NCBI GenBank assembly: GCA_964187785.1
Contig: OZ076409.1
Coordinates: forward strand, 28,708,001-28,772,000
From: Amphiscolops sp. MND2022
Taxonomy: Eukaryota
Direction of reading: 5' to 3'
DNA: 64,000 nt
This document shows positions 50,793-63,878 of this stretch, piece by piece; within the stretch, counting starts at the first letter, position 1; every line of letters begins with the position of its first letter. A program made the position numbers and the translations under genes. The notes below the pieces were generated by a model. It saw only the letters and a program-made list of their open reading frames with translations. It searched no databases and was not told the DNA's origin.

Positions 50793-53700
50793 CTAAATCG
50801 TTACGTTTACTTTGTTGGTCTTTCTCAGTGTGTTTCTAGCTGCAGTAATCTCATGAATGAGGAAATCAGGATATGTTTTCGGTGTAGGGTTCTCGCGTAA
50901 CCTGTACCTACTCTGATTGTTTCTAGACGGTCTAGAACTCATCCTTTCCTCATCTTCATTTTGCGTGTTTGTCTGTTGTGATTGATTTTCGTGTTGTTCG
51001 TCTCTCAGAGGTACTCTTATCCTACTTTCATCGCGGGGGGGCGGTAGAATAATTTCCTCTTGCGTTCCAAATCTAACTGTAGGTGGTCTAAAGTTGTTGT
51101 GGTCAGTTTCTACTTGCTGATAGTCTATTCTCGTGGTTATTTCTGGTGGAATTACTTGTGGACTGTGTCGTTCTTGTACCTGCGGAATTATTTCTTCTGA
51201 AGGCTCTTCTTCGACTAAGTCTTGATCTAGATTGTCATTCTCATTCTGATCTACTTCGTCGGTCGTCGGAATATTCGAGTCGAAAATGTCCGTGTCTTCA
51301 ATTCTTTCAGTGTCTGGGCAGAGATGTTTGGACACGTTGATGTCATCAATCGGAAATTCCGGTTTGAACAACCTCAGTCGCATTCTGTGTACGCACTGAG
51401 TCTGGTGTGTGCCTACTTTGCGGATGATGTAGTTGCTATCGGATAGCACTTTCATCACCTTGTACGGTCCTTTCCAATGGAAAGTTTTAAACTCTTCTTT
51501 GCTCCTCTGAGGGTCGTACTTAGGATCTAGTAGGAACACAAATTCATTCACCTTCAGTGGTTGTGCTCGTGCTTTTCTATCATAGTACATTTTGTACTTG
51601 TGATAGGCGGAAATGATGTTATCTAGATTGTCTCTGAAGATGAAGTTCATTTTGTCTAGAATTTCGTTCACGTCCTTGCACTTTGTTTCAGCCGGCTTGT
51701 TTGCGTTTCGGAATTGCAGATCTAGTGGGTTGTATGGTGTTCTGCCGTGGAAAATTTCAGTTGGTGAACATTTCAGTGAATCATGATACGTTGTGTTATG
51801 GGCCATGATTGCTATGTCGACATAGCGGTCCCATTGTGGTCTGTCTGCGTTTACACTAATTTTAAGGATCTTTTTCAGTTTCGCGTGCGTTCTCTCCACC
51901 ATGCCTATTGTCTGTGCGTGCTTTATCGTGGCATGGGAGATGTGAATATCAGCCGCTTTCGCGATTTCAGACAGACGTTCAGCCGTAAACGCCGTGCCCT
52001 TGTCGGTCAGAATGTGCTTGGGCACATACGCGTGTTTCGTGAAGATCGACAGTAATCCTCTGACTACGGAATGTGTATCAGGTCTCTTCAGCGGAACGGC
52101 GAACAGGTAGCGTGAAAAAACGTCAACAGCTGTTAGAATGTGTGTAAAACCGTTCGACGCCGGGAGTGGACCAACGATGTCTATTTCCAACAGGTCTTCT
52201 GGTCCGTCGCACGGGTCGTAGATTTTTTGTAACGGTGGACGTAGTTGCGTTTCTTTTACACTTTTAGATTTCATGCAGTTTTCACATCCGTCAAGGATTT
52301 TTTGAACTTTACAGGCTAAGTTAGGAGAGTAATATCTTTTAAGAAGTTCGTACAACATTTTCTTTAAACCAGGGTGTCCTTGTACCGGGCTGTTATGTAG
52401 AGTCCTAATTATTTTCAAAATACAGTCTTCAGGAACAACTAACTGCTTGTGAGACTCCAGTCCCGTGTGATCAAAAAACTGTCTGTATAAGACACCGTTT
52501 ACGACTTGTAGGCGTTTTCGATTTTTGTGCAACTTTTGAAAAAACTGATCTTGCATACTAACTGGGTGTTGCAAAATTTCAGTACCTTCTAAAAATCTAA
52601 TCATTTTTTGAATAACCCAGTCATTTTTCTGGCCCTGAATTAGATCGATCCCCTCAGCGGGGCTAACCTGACTCATTATCGGGTGTGATAATGATACTTT
52701 ACGGATGAATTGCGAGAGTTGAATCGGCTCGTCCACGTCTGTGAGGCGGTGCGTCAGATGGTTGTCAGTCGCGAAGTCATCTGAGGCCGCTGTTCTCTCA
52801 CAGTTGGTGAACTTCATCCCTTTCCCATCGTCATGAGCCACTTCAGTGCCAGGTGCCAAGTTCATCTCGTTGACAACCTTCTGGCGCTTGCATCTGAGTG
52901 GTTCGCTCGTGGGAAAGTAATCAGGCTCGTCTTCCTCCTGTTTTGGTGTTCGGGAGGCGATGTCGATCTCGATTCTGTGAATTGGAATAGTATCAGTCAA
53001 TTTTAAATGTACACGGTCTTCAGGTCTAATCTCGAGACGAGATAAGTAATCCGCTGCGGGATTTTCAACTCCTGGTACATGTGCTAATAAAAAATTGAAC
53101 TGAAGGGTTTGATCGCAAAAATTCCAAAGTGAAGGCGGGATATGCTTCGCCTGAAAAAATCTAGTCAAGGCCTTATTGTCAGTCATAACAATGATGGGTT
53201 TTTTCGCACCCCACAAAATGTGGCCAAATTCATCGAAGGCAAAGTGCATAGCTAAAAACTCTTTGGCATACATTGTTAGAGACATCTGGCCGCCCTGAAA
53301 TTTCTTAGAGCCAAATGCAACGGGGCGTATGTTTGTTTGACTGACGGGTCAGCATAATCCTCAATTAACAAAACATAGCCGGCAGCGTGTTCGCTGGCGT
53401 AACACATGATTACCAATTGTTTATCAGGTAATGGCAATTTCAGAGACACTTTTGTTGCTTTTAACAAACTTTCATTGATTTCAAAAATAGCATCTTTATG
53501 TTGTTGGCTCAGCTTGAAAGGGACGTCCTTCTTGATCAATTCCTGTAAACAACAAGTTTTATCAGCTAAACGGGGAATATAAGACCTGTAAAAGTTTACA
53601 AAACCAAGATAACGTTGCAACGCTTTCACTGAATTGGGGGGTTTCAACTTGGTTAAGTAATCTGTTACGCGTTTTTCAATGGGAGCAATACCGGTGCTAG

Positions 53701-55878
53701 AAATGGTTTTTCCCAAGTACTCAACTTGCTTTTGTCCAAATTCACATTTACTCATGCTAAGTTTGAGACCAGCTTTGTTCAACTGCTGAAAAACAAGTTC
53801 AAGGTTATTAATCAGTTCGTCAGGGGTGTGTGCTGCAATTCCAATGTCATCAACATATTGAGCACATCGGTCCGCTTTGACCAAGGGGTCCAAATACTCA
53901 CGGACTACACTTGTGAATGCTGACAAAGAACGATTAAGACCCTGTGCTAGACGTAAAAAGGCAAAAGTTCTAGAACCAAAGTTAAACGATAACAGTTGGA
54001 CAGACTGCTCATCGGCCATTGGAATGCAATGGTAGGCCTGGGAACAATCAAGTTTACAGATTACTTTTTCCCGGCCATGTGTTGTGCAGCGTCAGCAATT
54101 GTTGTTACGGGATGGTTGTGCTCACCGTAATCGTTTTTGATGAGATGGTTTATTCTTCTCAAGTCAACTAAAATCCTCAATTTACCATTAGGTTTACGTT
54201 GAGCAAATATCGGAGAAGAGTATTTGCTGTGAGGCAAGGTAGTTATAATCCCGTACTCTTGCATTAAGGCTAACTCCACGAGCAAATCGTCCTTCAAATT
54301 TGTCGGAGTAGGGAGACTTTGTGAATAAACAGGTTCCTCATGTTGGGGTGTTAACTTAACTTTAAAATCAGTGTTCATACCAATATCAAAACGATGTCTA
54401 GCAAAAATGGACTTTACCAGCAACTCCTCTACCTGTAACCGTTGAGACGGAGTAAGAAGCGAGTCGTCCCAGTTGAAGTTCTTCAGGAAGTTCATCCGTT
54501 GTTCATCGGATTGGGACGGGTCAAGCTTCTCGAGCTCTCGCAGTGCCAGAATCTCATCATAGATTCGTCGCTCAATTGCGTTGAGTTTGTCTGGCTCACT
54601 GCACGTCTCGGGAGTTGGGTACCACTTAGTTGACTTCATTTCAGGGTTCACGAACAGTTGGTTGATCACCGCTTCCGCCTCATCTGGGTACTTGGTGATC
54701 AGGTTCAAGTGTTCGACTGGCATGGGTGTGATGTTTGCCGCCTGATGTGGTGTCGGTATGCGAAAGTGTGCCAGAGTGGTGTTGGCATCAAGTGTGAACG
54801 TGTGGTTGTTCGGGTTGGTGACCTGGATTGTCGTCTTGCCCTCATCTAGGTCAACCAAAGCTGGGGAAACAAGCAAACACGTCTTTCGCATGAATCCAGG
54901 TGAGCCCTCAACTGTACCAGATGTAAGTGAGATGTCTGCGTCACTGTGGACCTGTATCATCACTTGATGGAGAGGAGGGATCACTGTTCTAGTACTGGAA
55001 CACAAATCAATTAAACCAGTTTTGAATCTGTTGTTCTTTTGCTGTCTAACTTGCATGGACATCATGTGATTGGGGAAGTGGACAAGGTGGTTTTTTATGT
55101 CTAAGTTGACCGAGTACTTTTCAAAGAATGACATTCCAATTAAAATTGTGCCCATTGTTGGAAGGATTAGGAACGTTTCTTCAAAGACTTTTCCAGCAAC
55201 GTAAAAACTAAGTAAGACTTGCTTACGCACTGGGACTAATTTCCCGTTTGCTATTTGAATTTTGAAATTCGGAGGGGGGAGTTCTTGGAGGATGGCTTCT
55301 GGATGAGCCGTTGTTATTTTTCGCAATTCTGCTTCAGACATTGCGCTTTGGATTGCGCTTGTGTCTAACAGTGCATGATTTTCGTATTTATCAAACTGAA
55401 GAGGGACGTACAGCATTTTATCTTTCTTGTTTAAATGTAAAGTGGGACTAAGAACGTGAATTTCTGTTTTAGTTGCATGTTTGTTAGCTTTTGAAATGTT
55501 AATACTACTTTGTTTTGCATGTTTTTTAATACTAAGCCGTTTGTCGATTGTTGAGTGTGAAGTCGAGTCGTCGTCTAGATGGTTGGTGTCCATCTCTTCG
55601 GCATCGTCCACCTGTCTCATGGTGTTTTGTTGCCAGTTCATCGTTTGTTCATCGTTGATTTCAGCGAGTGGAGAAAAGCGGCTGCCGTTGCGTTGACGTG
55701 CATTTCCCATCGCTTTTTCATCGTTGGAAAGTCTTCGCTGATAGACATCGTCAGCTTTTGGTCGTTTGTCCAGTGAAGGCTGCCATTTCTTCATTGGACG
55801 GTTGTGTGTAGTCGGTTGAGTCGAAAGTCGTGTGTCGCGCGTTGTATTTCTAGCGGGCGGAAATCGTGGCTGAATCAA
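50793..55878 (-). pseudogene. pol: E4 pol (PR-RT-RH-INT) with two frameshifts (~54060, ~53320)
   Basis: ALLDTSA (protease, G>S); SKYSSPIFAQRK..LRILVDLRRIN and YVDD; IMCYAS (RNase H, D>Y); HNSPVQGHPG..CENC; VDVFSR; TDKG; WKGPYKV. Confidence 0.95.
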
Positions 55879-57380
55879 AAACCCTGAATAATGTCTTCAT
55901 CAGAGTAGCTTATTTGTTCGTCGTCTTCAGTAATTGCTTGCATTGGATTCATCGGCTTTTGCTGTCGTTTGAAATCTTGTCGTCTACCCTTGTTGTCGTC
56001 CTGTGAATTCGTTGTGTATGGAATCTTTCCATATGCAGAGCTGCTTTCCTTGGGAATGCGTCGTCTGCAGTCTCTTGCAGAGTGGCCGGTGTATCCACAA
56101 ATCTGACAAACCAGCTTGGGATTGTACTTCGGCTTGTCTGGGTCGGTTGCTTTCTTCATCGGAATTGCATCTTCTTTCTTAATGCCGTTTGCTTCGTCAC
56201 GTTGTCGGGCGCGACATTCCGTTTTGCGGTGACCTGTCTTTCCGCAGTAGAAGCATTGTCCTTCGAATCGTTTTCTTTCCGTTGATTGTGTTGTCGTCGT
56301 CGTTGTTGGTTTGGTTGTTTCATTGTTCGTCGGAATAGAGGAGGTGACTGCGTTGAATGGTTGAATTGTCGTGGGCGGTGCTGCATACTGTTGGTATTGG
56401 TATTTCCTCATCAAGTATGTCTTGATTTCTTCTGGTGAGCTCTCCTCCTTGTTGGCCATTGTAAGTTCTTGTTGTATTTCGACTGGAAGTTTGCCGAGCA
56501 AGAACATTTTGATGATTTTATCTGTGTCATCCCCAAACGCTTGTTTCGCCGTCTTTTTCAAGTTTTTGAGGAAGTCGCTGAATGTCTCGGTTGTGGGATC
56601 GTAACGGGCTTGGTCCCATTTGTAGCGCGCTACCTCTTTGAGGTCCTCTTTCGCGAATTCTTTTCTGAAGAGATCGAGCACATCTTTCAGCGTTGTCAGT
56701 GGTGTTATTTGGATCGATTGCCAGTACTCGATTGCTTCGTCTCTCAAAAGGCTTTGAAAGAAATGAAGCTTGTTCTCCTCAGTTATTTTATTGGCTAACG
56801 GGCTGAGGTGGTTGAGGAGAAGGTGTTCAAATTCGACGAATTTGTCTTTCTGTCCTCTGAAATTCGGTACGTGTGTCTGCAGTAGTTTCGTATTTGTTGT
56901 AGTGCTCTTTATGCGTTGCGGGATCGTCTCGATGGCGTTTAACAGCCGTTCTTCGTTGCTTCTGGGAGTTGAATCGCCTTCTTCGTCTGAGTCATATTCT
57001 TGGTATCGTCTGAAGTTTGTGAAGCTTGATGTCGGGCGGGTGGAGCGGGTTTCTGTAACTCCTGTCACCATGTCGAACCCATGCTGTTGGGTCGGCTTTG
57101 AAGGACCTTTTGAGCTAGACGGCTGAGATTCGTTATTATTCTTGCTTACAATTGCCATCATTAAGTCCTTCAGTTGACTAAACTCCTGGTGTAACTCATT
57201 AATTCGGCGTTCATAACTTTCCTTTATTTCAGATAACTGAGAAGAGATATCCGAATTGTCGTTGGTGTCAGAATCATTTGAGTTTGCCTGAGCCATGTCT
57301 GGGTCTGCTGGAGAAGATGTTTCTGACGAAGAATTTATAACCCTACCACTTCTAAGTTCGGTACCTTGGTCTGGGTTCAT
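55875..57380 (-). CDS. gag: E4 Gag (501 aa, two CCHC zinc knuckles)
   Basis: CFYCGKTGHRKTEC and CQICGYTGHSARDC; intact ORF; first ~103 codons lie inside the 5' LTR. Confidence 0.93.
   Translation of the reverse strand: MNPDQGTELRSGRVINSSSETSSPADPDMAQANSNDSDTNDNSDISSQLSEIKESYERRINELHQEFSQLKDLMMAIVSKNNNESQPSSSKGPSKPTQQHGFDMVTGVTETRSTRPTSSFTNFRRYQEYDSDEEGDSTPRSNEERLLNAIETIPQRIKSTTTNTKLLQTHVPNFRGQKDKFVEFEHLLLNHLSPLANKITEENKLHFFQSLLRDEAIEYWQSIQITPLTTLKDVLDLFRKEFAKEDLKEVARYKWDQARYDPTTETFSDFLKNLKKTAKQAFGDDTDKIIKMFLLGKLPVEIQQELTMANKEESSPEEIKTYLMRKYQYQQYAAPPTTIQPFNAVTSSIPTNNETTKPTTTTTTQSTERKRFEGQCFYCGKTGHRKTECRARQRDEANGIKKEDAIPMKKATDPDKPKYNPKLVCQICGYTGHSARDCRRRIPKESSSAYGKIPYTTNSQDDNKGRRQDFKRQQKPMNPMQAITEDDEQISYSDEDIIQGF
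55878..55884 (-). promoter_or_regulatory. -1 ribosomal frameshift slippery site G GGT TTT (gag/pol)
   Basis: Minus strand CAG GGT TTT TGA; the -1 frame opens directly into pol (TTT TTG ATT CAG CCA). Confidence 0.8.
57059..57070 (-). promoter_or_regulatory. E4 primer-binding site
   Basis: TGGTGACAGGAG on the minus strand directly after the LTR end (...TTCGACA). Confidence 0.85.
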
Positions 57381-59320
57381 GTAGCTGAGAGAAAAGAAAT
57401 ATGAGTGAAGACTGGATTATCTGAGATGCTGTTCGAAGTATTTTACTGATTTAAGTATTTATTCGATCTCAAATTCACTAATCTGAACTGAGATGTTTTA
57501 GAGATGAAGTCGTACAATCAAGTAAGTCGTTAGGTGAGAACAAGGAAATTAGTAAGGTAGCTAGGAAAGTTCATCCAGTTTTCATCGCAATCATAAATGC
57601 ACCAAGGAAATTACTCAGTTTCAGTTCTATAGTTTCTGAAGATGAAATAGAGATATATTTTCAAGTAGAATTCTGGCGTGAACTATTCAACTGGTTGGTA
57701 ACTTGTCGCAATTCGGTCTGAGTAATCGCTAATGGCGGTCCAAATTACAGCAGTTCACGTGCCTTTTCGGTTGGTAAGACGCTAAATCTCTTACCAACCT
57801 TCTCTCATTGGCTGTTACCAGCTGGTGTTACAATGGTAAGTCACGTGACCGGTGTTGTGAACTGCCACAAAGTGGCCACGCATCATGGTACATCTACATA
57901 TGTTAATGGTGTTTAGTCATCAATTTACAATGTCGCAATTGCCTGCCCGCAGCATCATGGTTTCTATAGCAACTAAAATGAGCTCAAATCATTCAATAAC
58001 GCACTAATTTCAAGTCAATTTAAGATAAAGCGCAATTCGGGATGGGAAAACGATGTTTTCCGCTGATTCTAGCGCCAAAACCAATGATTTAAAAATTGAA
58101 GATGGAAATGCGATGAACTTGTAAGAACATTTGTTGATTTTCAAGTCTAGTTTAGCTCTGGATGAAAATGCGATGAATGGTGGTCTTTCTCGCTCGAAAA
58201 TCAACACAATTTAAACTGACGATGATAAAAGGATGAACTCCACATATAATTTGCCAATTTCCAGCACAGATTAAAATGACGATAAATTCGGGATGAATTC
58301 AGTCGATAAACGCTAATTCTAGCACAAGTGAATTTTTGGCGATGGGTTTAAGATGAGCTTGTCAGTTAAAACAGCAAATACCAAAGCAATACAAATTGGC
58401 GATGAGTTTAGGATGAACTCACCAGTTAAAACACCGAATACTAAAGCAATTCAATTTAGCGATGAGTTTAGGATGAACTCATCCACTAAAATGGTTAATT
58501 CTCAGCACAAACGAAATCAAGATGAATTAAGGATGGGTTTACGAAACAAAATCAGATAACCAGCACATTCACTCTTTTTTAGGATGGATTAAGGATGTAC
58601 TTTCTCATTTTCCTTCTATGCTAGTGAATACGATGAATAAAGGATGGGTTACTGTCCTTTAAGGAATGAGAAGCACATTGAAATTTCTTTACATGAAATA
58701 CAACGATGAATTTAAGATGAAATTACTAAAATAAGGTCCCATAAAATCCGCGGATGGATTAGTGATGAAAAGTCAGTTTAACGTCCCGATCGTTGTTCAT
58801 ATGCAATTCTGGAGATGAAATTGCGATGAACTTCATTCAAAATAGCTCCAAATTAAATCCGCTGATGGATCTAATGAATTTATCAATCAATTCGGGTTCA
58901 TCGTTAAGTCCGCTGATGGACTAGCGATGAACTTCATGAAAGTGTTGTCACGACTACAAGTCCTGAGGCGGGGAGCTAGTAGAAGTTACAGCTTTCATCG
59001 TTTATACATCTCTCGGTCCAGTTTGACCGGAACACTTCTCTCCCTTGTCGTGACAAACCAATATTTATGGATTATAGCACATTCGAGACTATTTTGGCAA
59101 GATCATTTATGCGGACACCGGAACTAGAGCGATCAGTATTAAGGAAATATATATAACTCAAACTCATGGGGGAATGGGGACTAAGTATAAGTAACGTAGG
59201 GTTGCTCACAACCATGGTCCTTATTATATGACATCATATTGCCCATATCTAAGTACATAAGACATAATATTTACATTACAGATATTTAGTAGATTATATT
59301 TCCATCATGCTGGCATGACA
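57071..59320 (-). repeat. E4 5' LTR (2250 bp), including the GATG-N7-GATG array at ~58041-58930
   Basis: TGTCATG...TCGACA on the minus strand; direct repeat of 40143-42386. Confidence 0.95.
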
Positions 59321-59463
59321 GGCGAGTTTATTATTAGCGCAGAAATTATGTTCCCTTTCCAACAAAAGCATAACGTCACTAGTCTTTGATTGGCTGATTC
59401 CGTTTCTGGGAGTGCCGCCGGCCATTTTCGGTAGCCAAGCGTTTGAACTCATTTCCGTGTTTA

Positions 59464-60190
59464 CCCTGGTCGAGAAAAAATGCGTTCCTTGCAAGGATCT
59501 TGCAAGATCCTTGTAAAAATGAATTTACTTGTAAGATCTTGCAAGGAAATGTTTTCCTTGAAAGATCTTGCAAGGAAATGCTTTCCTTGCAAGATTCTTG
59601 AGTTCAATGTACCTCATACTGAGAAATTATGTTAACGTAGTCGTGATTTGAGAATAATGTCAAAAACGTTAATAACTGTTATTTCAGGATGGTAATTTAA
59701 CAAATTGAAAAATAATTTCAATCGAAATATTATGCACAGTCTAATTTCAAATCAATAACTGGTACATACCACAATTGGTTGGAAAAAATTTTCAGAATAC
59801 TCTGAAACTGTATTTTAAATGTTGCGTCGCTGAACTGTACTACTACTTTTTTTCAATTAACTTCACTAAGATCACATTTTTAGAGATATTTTCTAGAGTT
59901 TGCATCTTTTTGGTGGTTGTATCATCTAGTAAGTAAACCCCGTTCTGTGACAGAATCTAATAGTCACGATGCAGTAGTCAACTTGAAGTCAAAAACAATG
60001 AATATAAAAAATAAAAAAAATTGTCGAGAACCTTCCACGAAATTTTTCTCCTTGGAAGAATCTTGCAAGGAATTTTTTTTCTTGCAAGATTCTTGCAAGA
60101 TGTCTTGCAGAAAAATGCATTATCTTGCAAAACCTTGAAAGAAAATCTTGCAAGATCCTTGCAAGGAACGCATTTTTTTTTCAACCAGGG
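59464..60190. mobile_element. MITE with CCCTGGT TIRs, TA flanks and TCTTGCAAG subterminal repeats
   Basis: TA|CCCTGGTCGAGAAAAAATGCGTTCCTTGCAAGGATC...GATCCTTGCAAGGAACGCATTTTTTTTCAACCAGGG|TA. Confidence 0.8.
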
Positions 60191-63100
60191 TACTGTCAGT
60201 TGTTTTGCTTCATACTTGATGTCTAATGTACCAAAATGAATAAAATGAATTCCGTTTCACTGTATTGATTATAGTTTAAAAATGAGATCGGGTTAAAATT
60301 AGTTTCAGTTGCACTTGTCCTCTCTAGGCTTCACATTTCTTCCACGGTGCCATTTATCTTTGTCCTTTCCTTTAGTTTAACGGAAACGCAATACTGAATG
60401 CAATACGCCTGTCATGCATCGGGATATTTTCCGCTTTCAATGGGCTAACGACAGACGCCAGTCAAAAATTTACCTCCTCCTTGGTAAAACGCAATTCAAT
60501 TCGCATATGACGTCAAAACTCGGATACAGCGCAACAGTTTCTAACCTTCGCCGCTTCCTCGTTTGTAAAACACATTTTTTTCGGATATAACGTCAAATTT
60601 TTGGATATAGAGTGCTGGGTCAAACGGATTTTCTCGAATCTCAGCCTCCTCCTCAGTAAAACGTAATATAGCTCGTATTCAATGTGAAAAATTCGGAAAT
60701 AGCGCAAAATCTTCGAACTTCTGCTTCTCCCTTAGTAGACCGCAATTTACGTCCCAAATTTTAAAAGCTGCAATTAGTCTCCAATTAATTGCCAATTTAT
60801 ACCTTTGTAATAATGAATCCGGAAATATTACATTCAGAGGCAGGTACCAACAATTAACACAAATTAATAGGACCTCATTTTGTGAAACTGGATAATCATC
60901 TTTTACATTCTTCAGTATTTCAAGACCAGTACGTAAAATGCAATACTCAATCAATTTTACTTTTGGAACTATTTCTTCAATACGTTACTTTCAATCTTCT
61001 AAAAGTTGTTAATTAGCTGATCAATTAACCAATTTGGGACTAATTGTCGCTTTTTACAAAATTGGCGAGTTGTCGCCTTTTCGAACTGTCGCTTGGGACG
61101 AATTGTCGTTTTTTGGAATTTTGGACAAATTGTCGCTTGGGACGAATTGCCGCCCAGCCTGAAGAAAATATTTCATCTCAGATTACACTCAGAATACAAG
61201 CAAGGATGACGCTTTTTTGCAAAGATGTCATTTTTGGATTATTGTGAGTTGAATCAAAAAGGTGACTAAATAGCCAAATTTCTTTGATCATCCAAAGCCT
61301 GCTGTGTTTCTTGATTGAAACACTTTCAGTCGTAATTGCTCGGCAACAATGTACGCTAAGTTTTTTCCATTTAGAGATTAAATATACGTCACCATTTTAG
61401 ACTCTTTCTTAGTGTATAGATGCAAAACATGAAAAATTTTAGATTAGAAACTGCGGAAAACGCAATATCCGGTATATTATCTTGCACGAAGCTATTACAC
61501 GGAGGCAATTGCTTAGGAATCGTGTTCCTTTAAGAATAAGCGAGAAAAAAAGAGAGATGTGAATTGGTTGCCAATTTGGTTAAAGAAAACGGTGGCAGGA
61601 CATTTCATCCTATGCAATTTCAACCTATGCAATTTCAACCGCTGCCATTTCAACCGCTCACAATTTCAACCTATTGCATTTTCAACCGTCCGCAATTTCA
61701 ACCTAAACTAGTTGAAGGATTTTTTCCTTGAAAGATCTTGCAAGGAAATGCTTTCCTTGCAAGATTCTTGAGTTCAATGTACCTCATACTGAGAAATTAT
61801 GTTAACGTAGTCGTGATTTGAGAATAATGTCAAAAACGTTAATAACTGTTATTTCAGGAGGGTAATTTAACAAATTGAAAAATAATTTCAATCGAAATAT
61901 TATGCACAGTCTAATTTCAAATCAATAACTGGTACATACCACAATTGGTTGGAAAAAATTTTCAGAATACTCTGAAACTGTATTTTAAATGTTGCGTCGC
62001 TGAACTGTACTACTACTTTTTTTCAATTAACTTCACTAAGATCACACTTTTAGAGGTATTTTCTAGAGTTTGCATCTTTTTGGTGGTTGAATCCTCTAGT
62101 AAGTAAACCCCGTTCTGTGACAGAATCTAATAGTCACGATGCAGTAGTCAACTTGAAGTCAAAAACAATGAATATAAAAAATAAAAAAAATTGTCGAGAA
62201 CCTTCCACGAAATTTTTCTCCTTGGAAGAATCTTGCAAGGAATTTTTTTTCTTGCAAGATTCTTGCAAGATGTCTTGCAGAAAAATGCATTATCTTGCAA
62301 AACCTTGAAAGAAAATCTTGCAAGATCCTTGCAAGGAACTCATTTTTTCAACCAGGGTACTGTCAGTTGCTTTGCTTCATACTTGATGTCTAATGTACCA
62401 AAATGAATAAAATGAATTCCGTTTCACTGTATTGATTATAGTTTAAAAATGAGATCGGGTTAAAATTAGTTTCAGTTGCACTTGTCCTCTCTAGGCTTCA
62501 CATTTCTTCCACGGTGCCATTTATCTTTGTCCTTTCCTTTATTTTAACGGAAACGCAATACTGAATGCAATACGCCTGTCATGCATCGGGATATTTTCCG
62601 CTTTCAATGGGCTAACGACAGACGCCTAGTCAAAAATTTACCTCCTCCTTGGTAAAACGCAATTCAATTCGCATATGACGTCAAAACTCGGATACAGCGC
62701 AACAGTTTCTAACCTTCGCCGCTTCCTCGTTTGTAAAACACATTTTTTTCGGATATAACGTCAAATTTTTGGATATAGAGTGCTGGGTCAAACGGATTTT
62801 CTCGAATCTCAGCCTCCTCCTCAGTAAAACGTAATATAGCTCGTATTCAATGTGAAAAATTCGGAAATAGCGCAAAATCTTCGAACTTCTGCTTCTCCCT
62901 TGGTAGACCGCAATTTACGTCCCAAATTTTAAAAGCTACAATTAGTCTCCAATTAATTGCCAATTTATACCTTTGTAATAATGAATCCGGAAATATTACA
63001 TTCAGAGGCAGGTACCAACAATTAACACAAATTAATAGGACCTCATTTTGGGAAACTGGATAATCATCTTTTACATTCTTCAGTATTTCAAGACCAGTAC

Positions 63101-63878
63101 GTAAAATGCTATACTCAATCATTTTTACTTTTGGAACTATTTCTTCAATTCTTTACTTTCAATCTTCTAAAAGTTGTTAATTAGCTGATCAATTACCCAA
63201 TTTGGGACTAATTGTCGCTTTTTACAAAATCGGCGAGTTGTCGCCTTTTCGAACTGTCGCTTGGGACGAATTGTCGTTTTTTGGAATTTTGGACAAATTG
63301 TCGCTTGGGACGAATTGCCGCCCAGCCTGAACAAAATATTTCATCTCAGATTACACTCAGAATACAAGCAAGGGAGACGCTTTTTTGCAAAGATGTCATT
63401 TTTGGATTATTGTGAGTTGAATCAAAAAGGTGACTAAATAGCCAAATTTCTTTGATCATCCAAAGCCTGCTGTGTTTCTTGATCGAAACACTTTCAGTCG
63501 TAATTGCTCGGCAACAATTGCTAAGTTCTTTCCATTTAGAGATTAAATATACGTCACCATTTTAGACTCTTTCTTAGTGTATAGATGCAAAACATGAAAA
63601 ATTTTAGATTAGAAACTGCGGAAAACGCAATATCCGGTATATTATCTTGCACGAAGCTATTACACGGAGGCAATTGCTTAGGAATCGTGTTCCTTTAAGA
63701 ATAAGCGAGAAAAAAAGAGAGATGTGAATTGGTTGCCAATTTGGTTAAAGAAAACGGTGGCAGGACATTTCATCCTATGCAATTTCAACCTATGCAATTT
63801 CAACCGCTGCCATTTCAACCGCTCACAATTTCAACCTATTGCATTTTCAACCGTCCGCAATTTCAACCTAAACTAGTT
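59552..63878 (+). repeat. Tandem duplication, unit ~2.17 kb (~59552-61713 and ~61722-63878)
   Basis: Near-identical ORFs offset by 2168 bp (60513/62681, 61044/63212); few substitutions between copies. Confidence 0.92.
61597..61713 (+). repeat. CAATTTCAACC short-repeat cluster (probable end of a DNA transposon; also at 63762-63878 and ~63973-64000)
   Basis: About six imperfect ATTTCAACC units after GGACATTTCATCC. Confidence 0.65.

Larger units (their letters stand above)
40143..59320 (-). mobile_element. Giant full-length Ty3/gypsy LTR retrotransposon E4 (19,178 bp)
   Basis: TSD GGCGA at 40138-40142 and 59321-59325; LTRs 40143-~42386 and 57071-59320; PBS; intact gag; pol with two frameshifts. 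Confidence 0.96.
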
